Assembly (NCBI GenBank): GCA_000165425.1
Contig: CT868219.1
Span: forward strand, 252,728-316,727
Direction of reading: 5' to 3'
Origin: Paramecium tetraurelia
Taxonomy: Eukaryota
DNA length: 64,000 nt
Position numbers and translations under genes: made by a program
Notes under the pieces: generated by a model
Seen by the model: only the letters and a program-made list of their open reading frames with translations
Database searches by the model: none
What the model was told of the DNA's origin: nothing
Part shown: positions 53,439 through 64,000 of the stretch, in pieces
Layout: each line of letters begins with the position of its first letter
How positions within the stretch are numbered: the first letter of the stretch is position 1

Positions 53439-54270
53439 ATGAGATAGCAAATTTCTACGCCCGCCTACGGAGTGGGATACAAGACTCCATTCTCCCTGAC
53501 TTAGCAAGGAGCAGTTAAAGTGATCTCTCAACCCTCGTTTTAAAATTAGGTTTAACCTATGGCTTAATAATAATTTCAATAACAATAATAAGGATACCCG
53601 TAGCAATTCAATAGATAAATATATCCAATAAATGGGAATGCAAATGTGAATAGAGGAACTTGGGAGTAATAAGGAGCAGCTCAAAGATTTCAGACAAGTC
53701 AGGGTAATGGGCCTGTTTAGAGTCCATTGTAAGTGGTGGATTTGTAGTAAGTGGAAGAACCTTGGAGGGTAAAGGTGCAAGAATTGTAGAATAGAATAAA
53801 GGAATTAGAAGCTTAGTAATAAAATAAATAAGATAATGAGGATGAGGAAAGTGAATTATCTTAAGCATATAGTTAAATTTAATAGTTAGTTAACACAATA
53901 AAAATTTTATAGGATGAGATTTAATAATTGTAGGAGAAACTTGAACAGAAATAAAATGTCATAGATGGATACGATAGACAGATACAGGATAAGGATAAAG
54001 AAATTGAAGAGGCAAATCAATACATTTAAGAATTACATGGGCAACTGGAAGAGTAAACGACAAATGTTGAAGAGAAGCACAAATATTTGTTCGATGAGGT
54101 AAACACGTGGAAAAAGAAGTTTATAGAATAAAATAAGTATGTATTGAATTAATGATAGAGAGTTCCATCAGAAGTAGGAGGAGTTGATGATTCTATAAGC
54201 TGAGTTGGATAATCTTAAGAATGCTCAAATAATAATAGGTAAATCGAGTGATTACAAGCAATAAAAATGA
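53439..54270 (+). CDS. Hypothetical coiled-coil protein
   Basis: MRQQISTPAYGVGYKTPF...EEPWRVKVQELQNRIKELE...EVNTWKKKF; at least 2 introns. Confidence 0.65.
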
Positions 54271-54333
54271 CTCGAAAGATATAAGTTTAGAATTATTATT
54301 ATTAATAATTTAATTATCATAAAATATACAACA

Positions 54334-54726
54334 ATGTTGTAAAAATGCATTCAATTAGCTAAGACAGCTTAATTTTCACAATTGGTGAAGTCCTACACAA
54401 GTTTAGCCTAACATAAATGGTTAGATTATGATGAAACCCATAAGGTAATTAAAGATCAAATTATTAGAGATCTCTCTAAACTCATAAAAGCAGAGCTGAA
54501 GAATTTATTCACAAGATACCTGTAATAGAAGTGGATACTGATGTTGTTAGATGTTTGGCAATGTAATGGTAAAAATGTGATTAATAATAAGGGAGGCACA
54601 CACATCAATGCAGGCCATCCTTAAGTCTATATCAAATTGGATACAAGAACAGAAGGCACACCTTAAACATGCAAATACTGTGGTTTATAATATGTCAAGA
54701 AGGGCCATGGATCACACCACCATTGA
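54334..54726 (+). CDS. NDUFS6: NADH dehydrogenase Fe-S protein 6 (zf-CHCC)
   Basis: AEEFIHKIPVIEVD..VVRC LGG..AGHPQVYIKLD....TCKYCGLQY; mitochondrial-type N-terminus. Confidence 0.88.
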
Positions 54727-54778
54727 GCATCAATCATAAATATTATAATAATTAATATATGAGTCTAATTTACAATAC

Positions 54779-57700
54779 TCATAATTTGGGTATAATGGTA
54801 TAATCTAACAAAGATCTAGCAATATCTATAGGGTTGGATATTGATTTAGAATAATTATTCTTTAAATATTTTTTAACTTAAGCTTCAACTTCCAATAACT
54901 AAATTATAGTAATATAATTACCTCTTGATCAGTAAATACAATACTTACTTAATCAGAGTCATCATTCTTGCTAATATCGATACATCTCATGGTTTGATAA
55001 GTGTTGATAGCATTCTTAATGGTTTCAATCGAGCAACTTTCATAGTGTTCCATAATATGTTCTCCATACATCTACTCTGCGAATCCTTAAATTTAAGTAA
55101 TCAATTCAGACAATTCAAACGTAGTGTTTGTATCACTTGCTCTTTTTAATTAATATAAATAGACTATAGTAGCCCAATAGCACTCCACTAAAGGCCAAAT
55201 GAGTGAACATGTAAATTACGATGCCTATTCACCAAATTATTGGTTAACTCTGATCTTTTCTTAGACCTTCTCTAAAACATTCTTTTCTATCATGGATTAA
55301 GTGAAATTTATCATCTATTCTTTGGTTGTAATTCTGTTTCTTATCACATATTCTCTTTTTAATAATTTCAACAAGAAATCACTCTCTTCCCATAATCTCT
55401 CTATGCTCACTCCTTCCTTATGGGATAACAAATGTCCAAATCCATTCAAAGCACAACAAACTATACCCTCACTAAAGAATATATGAGCTAATTGATTCCT
55501 ATAATGACTTAACAACAAGATGCTCTTATATTCTTGTTTTGGTATCAAAGTCAACTCAAATACATTTTTCTTCTTCTTATCAACCAAATCCTATAAGAAT
55601 CCAATTGAATTTCTCACAGCTACATCACTTTAACCATTATTGGTAATTGAAGCCTTCGCTCCTCTTTTAGTGATTTGTCTCAACACCCATTCAAATCTCT
55701 TTATCAATTAATCTTCTGTAATTCCTCTTCTATTCATCAATAACAGAGTCGAGACTATTCCTGTAGGCATTACAACCATCTCTTCAATTAATTAGTAAGC
55801 TACTTCGTAACCCAAAGTCTCCACTCCCCTCTTACGATCTCTAATATTCTCAAAGGAATCTAAACCCTATTATTTTTGACCATTCTTTAACTGATATCAT
55901 TTTCCCAAATCCAACATGAATTCTACCGAAATTCGATGATAATATTTTAATAGCCTTAATAACTCTAATAAGAGATTCCTTAACCTTCTCTTCCCCTAAT
56001 AATTCATAGGGATAAGTGTCAGCCTCTAAAACTTTCTCATAATTTATTGTAATTGGTAATATTGTAGCATCAGGTATCTTTTTATCGAAAACAGCATCAC
56101 AAACGATACTTAACAATCCAAACTTTGGATTTAATGTTTTTCCTGTTCTAGATCTAGTACCTTCAATGAAGAATTCTAAATAGCACTCTTCAATCAAGAT
56201 TCTCTAAACATATTCGTAAAAGATGGCTTTGTATAATATATTATCTTCCAATTATTTCCTCTTCAAAAAGAAAGCCCCAGAAGCTCTTAAGACTGTTGGA
56301 ACCAAAGCCATGGACAAGAAATCCTCTGCAGCTGCTATGTGCGGACATTTAATCTTGTACGAGAAAAACACATAAGAACACTACCATATACAAGTTTAAT
56401 ACCATAATGAAGTCGATGTAAGATCTGTGGGTAGGCATGAAAATTAAGGGTCCTCTTGTTTTCTAATCATAATTTTGAAGTTCTAACAAAGCTGGCTCAT
56501 TTATTTAAACTTTCTCGTATATCTATCTAAAAACCTTAGTGATGAACCATGCAAACATCCTAATGACTCCCATATTATAATTTGCAAACATCCCTTCACA
56601 TATATCAATACCTTATTTTTCTATGTTCTGATGCAACTTCTCAAGATTAAGTGTAGTTTATTGATATTTTTTAGATTTTTCTTCAACTAATTATTTGATA
56701 ACTGATTACACTCTTTGAGAATTCAACACCAAACTAATTTGTTCTTTTGTGGTTTTTGTTTTGAAGTCTTATCCGTGACTAAGACACCATTCAATATCAC
56801 TAAAGTAAGACTATTGATTTCTTTAGCTGAGAACATCAGTGCTCTGCTCATTCAATTCTCTTGTTTAATCTTTCAAGATGTATTTTTGTATTCCCCAATT
56901 AAACCTTTCTAAATATTACCTCCAATTCAGTTTTTCAATGTCAATGTTAAAGTGTTGCTTATCAGATTCACTTAAGAATTTGATTAGTACATTACTATTG
57001 GAACTGTCAAAGATCCATTCATTAAGAACAAAAGGTCTGAAGGTGTCATTAATTGATTCAGCCCTATCAATAATCTTTTTTAATCTTTTAGCCTAAATCT
57101 TCATTTCCTTATTTCCAATCTTGTTCGCAAACTAATAATATATTAATGCAGGAGCATTTTTAACTTTGGACATTATCTTATAAATTTTTTCATTTTTATA
57201 GAATGTTAAATTGGGTTTGGAAAATTATTAAGAACTAGGAGATCGTGTCCAAAATAAGGCATTTACTTCTTTAGCTAACTGCCATGTCATTGGATTTTTT
57301 GCAGAAGAACAGCAATGATAAACACTTACTTCTTTCCTTCCATTTTAATATGCTCCAGCAGCCAAAATAAAATCAGCTACATAATCTACAGGCACTTAAT
57401 CTCCAATCAGACATGCATCTCCATTTAAAGTTTTAATTAATCCTAAACCAACAAAGAAGAAAATGGCACTGCTTGCCACCAAACTATCAATCCAACCAGG
57501 TGTTGGGTCTTTCCATGATGCACCTACTATTGATGGTCGAACAAAGGTCAGTGGAAAGTTAGGAGCTCTGTTTTATACCAATAGTTTTTCAGCAATGCAC
57601 TTTGTAAAAGTGTATGTGTTTGGAAAATCTCCTATAATATCTTTTACATTCTTCTCCAATATATTCACAGGAGTCTTCAACAATTAAGAAACTAATTGTT

Positions 57701-58315
57701 CCAAGTTCTCTTAATTTGCATCATATATTTTCTCTTCTATATAACCTGCCTTATCTGAATTGACGTATGCTGTTGAAATATGGATGAAGTTTTCTAGATT
57801 TTTAATTTACTGTGCTAGTGCTATAAATCTTTGAGGGCCTCTTACATTAATTTATATTGCATCATCCAATCTTGCATTAAAATCTACACTTGCAGCACAG
57901 TTAATTATAATCTAATTATTATTAGTTTGCTTACATTCACATTATCAATTATAACATTTTTATCATTCTCTGCCATTCCCAAACCCTTCCTTTAACATAT
58001 CACCTTCAATTGGAATAATCTTCTCATTTATGAATTTTTCAAAACCTCCCCCATAGATCTATCTCAATCGATCAAAAGACTAACTTATTAATAGACCCTT
58101 ACTTATGAATCCAAGATCTCTCGTTTAAACCTCTCCATTAAACTGCTACCCTTCTTTTGCCTGATCAGAACATAAATATATCCAACATTCGATAAGCAAC
58201 GCAAAGTCTTTTCCAACAATACCTTGCCCACAAATCCTATATATTCATCATTATAATGCTTACCTGTGCATCCGGTTATAAACAACACCTTTTTATTATA
58301 ATATTCTTATAGCAT
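54779..58315 (-). CDS. Bifunctional fatty acyl-CoA reductase / DHAP acyltransferase fusion (FARAT-like, peroxisomal)
   Basis: FAR domain: FITGCTGFVGKVLLEK, NCAASVDF, HISTAYVN, NTYTFTK, RPSIVG. Acyltransferase domain: PTHRSYIDF (HX4D), GAFFLKR, FFIEGTRSRTGK, PITINYEK. Ends PKL*. Confidence 0.9.
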
Positions 58316-58900
58316 TTAATAATTAATTTATGGAAAAAAATTAAAAATTACTCATTTTTTCTCCGAATAACTAATTGAGTTAAAATATATATATAATTCC
58401 AAAGGAAGTAGATTTGATTCTGAAAAAAAGTAAATAACATTATTTTTTATATAATTTAATCTAGTTATTTATCAAATAAAATAAACGCATAAAAATAAAA
58501 CATTATTTTTATAATTTCATTCTATTATTATTCAGATATCTTTAGAAATTAATAAGTAGTGAATTTATTATAATTATATTTAAATTTTTTCAATAAGCAT
58601 TGATATTTTGTGTTTTATATATCTTTAGATTATTTTAATTAATTTATCCAATAGATTTCCTCTTTTTAATTGTCATAGAATGTTAACTTCAGAATTTTAG
58701 AATACATTTATAGATACCACATATAATACTAAATGATTTTATAAGTTTTATTCTCATTTCTTAAATAAATTTTCCTAGTCCTTCTCATGCAAATTATCCC
58801 TTAACTATCTATTCTCATATCAGAAGTTCCTAATCATTTGGTTGCATAATTAATTATTGGTTTGAACATTTAAAAATATATTTAATATTTTTATATTTGA

Positions 58901-60121
58901 TCATTATAATGGTTGTGCTGATTTGTGTAGCTCTTACTTCAATTTGTCCAAATAGGTTCCTCCAAGCAAAGTTATATCAACAATCGTTGATCCTACTAAA
59001 TATGGGTCAATATTAGCAGCAGGTCTTCGATCTTCAAAATATCTATAAATAATGAACACACCAAGTATACCCTTTGCCCAATTCTTTGGTTATGATTGGA
59101 ACTCTAACTGAACCACCTCTAGAACCGTCTCCCCAGGTGAATTTTCCATATTCACTTGTTTCGTGAGCACCTGTTAGTCTATCTATGTTATTTGATCCAT
59201 AAAGAAATAACGATTATTCATGATATTTTTCAAGGTCAGGAATTAGTGTTTTCAGTATATATTCATACCCACCTTCACTTCTAGTCTTGGAATCAGAGTA
59301 GTTGAAGTGAGCACCAGATCCACTCCAATTTCCTTTGATCGGTTTTGGATCATAATTGATATCAATTCCGAATTCCTCACCTATTCTCTCTAGAATATAT
59401 CTTGCTAACCACAAATGATCTGCGGCTTCGATGCCTTGTGCTATACCTATCTGAAATTCAAATTGGGAAGGAGCAGCTTCAGCATTTATTCCAGCTATCT
59501 TCAAACCAGCATTCAAACAAGCTCTTTGATGTGCTTCGGCTAAAGCACGACCAAAATTGTTTCTCTCTCCTATTGAGCAATAGTATCTTCCTTAAGGATG
59601 TGGAAATCCACCATTGGGCCAACCAAGAGGCCAGGTATGAGTCGTACCTGTTCTCTTTAGTAGATAATACTCCTATTCGATTCCAAACCAAGGATTATAT
59701 TCTTTTGCCTTTTCCATTATTTCCTATGCTAACCATCTACATAGATTCACATGTCTCTTACCTGAAATTATATCTTGCCGGAGTTTTCTTATCAGGAAGA
59801 TAAGTTTCACATAATACTAATAAGTGTGGAGCACCTCGGAAAGGATCCCGAACAAAAACAACAGGCTTCAGATAGATCTCTGACCATTTTGTGTTGGCTT
59901 ATTCTGTTGATGAGCCATCATAAGTCCACCATTCAAGATCGGAAAGTTATTTGATCTCATGATGAAAGACCTATTCATTAACTCTTTATGCATACCTTGG
60001 TTTTTGATCTTAAGCTTAACCCAGTTCCGTCAATCCAAATGTACTCAGCCAAAGTAACTTTGACATTTGAATTAAACTCGTAATGATTGAAATTTCTGAG
60101 GTTCTCCAACTATTCAGTCAT
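58901..60121 (-). CDS. GLUL: Glutamine synthetase type II
   Basis: AEYIWIDG..LRSKTK, YDGSST, PWFGIEQEY, QGRYYCSIG, GINAEAAPSQFEFQIG, PKPIKGNWSGSGAHFNYS, RLTGAHET, YFEDRRPAANIDPY. Confidence 0.95.
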
Positions 60122-60547
60122 ATATTATATTGAAACTATGTTTTCATAGAGTTTCTGAAAACGATATAAACAATCAATAGTAGGTCACAATCAGAATACT
60201 TGATACTATTTATTATTATAAATAAATCATCAATAATAATTATTATAAATAACAATTTAACTTTAAGAACGAAAGTTAATTTTTCAAAGAATAAACCCGT
60301 TTCTTGAATAGTGTTGAAATTAAAACAATATTTTTAATAACTCATTATAAAATTATTATATTTTTTAAGTTAAAATAGAAAGAAGATTTCTTACTTGAAA
60401 CTACAACACTCAAAATAAATTGAAAAATTATTGTTATAAGATTATTTAAGAGAGAAGAGATCATTAATTATTTTAATATCTATGAATTGGATTGATTAAT
60501 ATATTTAATTATAATAAACAATAAGCATCTAAATAAATTACACTTAA

Positions 60548-61999
60548 TCATTCAATTCGAGTATTAATGCTTTATTCTTCTTATTCTGCAACAACTTCGT
60601 ATTCTGGTAATTTAATTGTAGGTGACATCAATTTGTTGCCATGATAGATATCATAAAAATAGATATTAATATTGCTAATATTAGCTAGGATTGTGACAAA
60701 TCCAAGGAAATATATCATATACTAATAGCTTTCAGCACTTTCAACAAACAGAATTCTACCCACAATAATTGGAAATGCAGTCAAACCAGCATTTTAAATG
60801 GAACCAATAATTCCAAATCCAGTTCCTTGCGAATTGCCATTCACACATAATGGTATACATGGCCAAATCACAGGTGCATACAAAGCAAAAAAGATTCCAT
60901 TAATCAATTAAGCCAAAAGAACTAAACTAAAACATTGATCTTCAATTGAACAATCTACATTCTTAGAAAATATTATTGTGGACAATAATAATAAATTACC
61001 AGAAATTATTAAAAATATTGGTCTCTTCCCAATTTTATCTATAAAAAACCCGATTATTGGAGTTATTGATGCACTAATAAAGTATGGTAAAGTGTAAAGA
61101 AAAGTTTATTAAGTTAAAGTTAGATTATATCTATAAATTAGAGATAAATCTCACCTGATTTGGAACATGCGTATTGCATTCGACTATAAGATAAGAAATG
61201 CACTATAACTGCATACGCAACTGATAGACAATAAGTAGAAATCGAATCTAAAATCTTTGACATCACTACAATTCACTGGTGGTTGTTATTCTAATTCAGA
61301 TAATTCTTGTTAACTCATCTACTCTTTATCTCTTGTATCACTTCTTTTATCTAATGTACATTGAACGAAACTAGTAAGCATTGTAATCAAAATGAAAACG
61401 AAACAAAAAACCATACAAGCAGTAAAGCTATTTCCATACTAAATATACACCTTTGGTAGCCAATTGGCACCAATAACTGAGCCAACCCGAATGAATGTAA
61501 TTTATACACTAACTATCTATCTATTATTTATACCCAAAAGCTAATGACATCTCTTATCCTAAAAACCATTTTGTAAGCACAGCACTTTAAGCTACTGATA
61601 AGCAAACTTCTCCTCCTAATCCTAAAAAGAGCATTCCCAATTTTATTAAATTAAAATCTTTCTCTTGAGCTCCTTAAACACACAATCCTTGCCATAAAAA
61701 TAATAATAACCTTATCCAATTACCAAAAACGAACAAAAAATTATCAAAGCACTTCTAACTCCGATTTTATCAATTATAATTCCACCGAAAAAGGGTAAAA
61801 CTATATTGGGCATCGAATAAATAGAGAATAGGTAATTGATATCCTTTTGACCAACATTAAAAGTAGATTAGATTTAACTTGCTAATACCGAAGGGAAATC
61901 TATGCAAATGCAGCATCCAACTTAAAATAAGCAAGTTAAGCCCAGAAATACCCATCTAACATTGGTGCGATGCCATGAAATTTATTTCTGTTTTTTCAT
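60548..61999 (-). CDS. MFS transporter, MFSD1-like (tandem copy A)
   Basis: RWVFLGL..CIDFP, YLFSIYSMPNIVLPFFGGIIIDKIGVR, GLGGEV, TKWFLGQEMSLAFG, IDKIGKR, WPCIP, GTGFGII. Confidence 0.88.
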
Positions 62000-62446
62000 T
62001 GAAATTTATATTCTTATTATATTTTCTTTCTTTTCAACTTGAACTAATATTTTGACAAATAAATTTTGTAGTACTACAATTATAAATCGAAACTAAAATG
62101 AATATCTTATGGAAAAATATTTAATAACAAATTCAAATTCAAAAAATAAATTATTTTCTTTTTTCTATTTAATTATATATCTAATTTATAATATATTAAA
62201 TAATATTATCATTGTTTTGTTTGATGAGGCAAAAAAATAATTAAAAATTTATACTTCTTTTTAATTTTACCCATAAACTATCATACTAAATAAAATCTAA
62301 TTGGAGTTTGACTTTTAGAATGAGGTGATAATAATTAAGTTATTATTTCGATCCTTTTGAAAATATTTCCTAATTCTATTTATTCATAAACTACGAAAAT
62401 TTAAAGAAAATATTCGTTAGATTGTTATTATTTTATATATTATATT

Positions 62447-63881
62447 TCAATTTTATTCATCTTCTTGTTCAAGAATAATTTGATAATCAGGTAATTTAAC
62501 GGTAGGCGACATTAATTTATTACCATTGTATCTATCATAAAAATAAATATTGATATTGCTGATATTAGCTATAAGGGCGATAAACCCAAGAAAGTATATC
62601 ATATGTAAATAGCCAATAGCAGTTTCTTCAATCAAAATTTTACCTACGATAATTGGAAATACAGTCAAACCAAAATTTTACATAGAACAAACTACACCAA
62701 ATCCAGTTCCTTGGGTATTTGTGCTGACACAAATTGGAATACAAGGCCAAATCAAAGGTGCAAATAAAGAAAAAAACATTCCGTTTAAAATTTGTCCTAT
62801 TAGTGCATAATTAAAACATTCATTCTAAACTGAACAATCATTATTTAATGAATAAACTAACATTGATAATGTTGTCAAAAACCCAGAAAGAATTAAAAAA
62901 TATGGTCTCTTTCCCACTTTATCTACGATATGACCAATAATTGGTGTTAAAATTATACAAATAATGTAGGGTAGACTATAAAGTAATGTTTAATAAAAGA
63001 ATGTTAGATTATATCTAAGAATAAAATTACAATTAACCTTATTTAAAACATGCGTAGAGCGTTTAACTACAATATAAAAAAGATGCAATATCCACACATA
63101 CAACTTATGGAAATTAAATAGAACCCATAATTAAACTCTTTTAAATCTTTGCAACTCACTGGTTTTTGTTACTCTAATTATAATTGTGCTTATGATTAAT
63201 AATGATTAGAGTCTCTTCTGTCACTTACATAATCAATTACTGTTTCAATGATACAAGATAATGTGATGATCAAAATAGTAGCCAAGCAATAGGTCATACA
63301 AGCTACAAAGCTATTACCATAATTAACATATATTTGAGGAAGTTAATTAACAGCAATAATTGATCCGACTCTGATAAAAGTAAGTTAAATTCTAAGATAA
63401 TTTATTATAATACCCAAAGGCTAACGATATTTCTTTTCCAAAAAACCATTTGGTTAACAAAGCACCTTAAGTGACTAACAAACTAACCTCAGCACCTAGA
63501 CCAAGTAAAAACATGCCTACTTTGAGCAAGTTAAAATCCTTAACCTATGCACTATATACACAAGAACCTAAATTCAACAAAAAAAAGCTTACTTTATCCA
63601 ATAATCAAAAACGCACAAAAAATAAGTAATGCACTTCTAATACCGATTTTATCTATAATAATTCCTCCAAAAAAAGGAAGAATAATGTTGGGCATAGAAT
63701 AAATTGCATAAAGATAATTAATGTCTTGTTGATGTACATTATAATAATTCTAGATTTCTGTTGCTAAAACAAAAGGAAAATCAATGCATAAAGAGCAGCC
63801 GGCCTAAAATAAGCATAGCAATGCTAACAATAACCACCTGATCTTTGTATCATGCCAAGAAGTGTATAATTCTTATTTCAT
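62447..63881 (-). CDS. MFS transporter, MFSD1-like (tandem copy B)
   Basis: Same motifs and intron positions as copy A (YSMPNIILPFFGGIIIDKIG, TKWFFGKEISLAFG, WPCIP, GTGFGV). Confidence 0.88.
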
Positions 63882-64000
63882 TCAATTATAAATGAAAAAT
63901 AGTTTAAGAAGGGAAAAACCAACAATTCATTAATTATTATTTTACAATTTTTTTATTAATGGTGGTAAGTTGCATAATCATTTGAAGAGGTATTCATAAT

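Noticed and set aside
53355..53868. Two long minus-strand ORFs (141 and 86 aa)
   Set aside because: Antisense to the purine-rich coiled-coil gene at 53439-54270
59402..59803. 133 aa plus-strand ORF and 70 aa minus-strand ORF overlapping glutamine synthetase
   Set aside because: Antisense or alternative-frame shadows of the conserved GS exon, with no independent motif
1..64000. Frequent in-frame TAA/TAG read as mass pseudogenisation
   Set aside because: Explained by the ciliate code (Gln)
1..64000. Telomeric repeats, IESs, transposons, tRNA/rRNA genes or CRISPR arrays
   Set aside because: No C4A2/C3A3 arrays, transposase motifs, cloverleaf, rRNA-like or repeat-spacer structure noticed; the coding interruptions examined resolve as introns rather than TA-bounded IESs

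Overview
Very AT-rich, gene-dense eukaryotic DNA from a ciliate macronuclear chromosome, almost certainly Paramecium. Conserved proteins read through only if TAA/TAG = Gln and TGA is the sole stop (code 6), and genes are split by tiny ~20-34 nt GT-AG introns, so the supplied standard-code ORF track is mostly fragments or antisense noise. Manual code-6 translation gives about 34 gene models. These include ATG101, a TMBIM/BI-1-like protein, kinesin-6, an eIF2-alpha-kinase-like pseudokinase, RPA1, a tandem ERI1-like pseudonuclease, a helicase-less Twinkle-type primase, RPLP1, RPL7A, the p1 subunit of the MTA1c 6mA methyltransferase complex, COPA, ISCU, a Cys-to-Ser DUSP pseudophosphatase, katanin p80, dynein IC, an F-BAR/SBF protein, MYCBP, NDUFS6, a FAR-DHAPAT fusion, glutamine synthetase and two tandem MFSD1-like transporters. 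Four paralogues of an uncharacterised two-TM family have an ENaC/DEG-like layout. All family calls come from motif recognition by eye, with no database searches; exon boundaries are manual and approximate.
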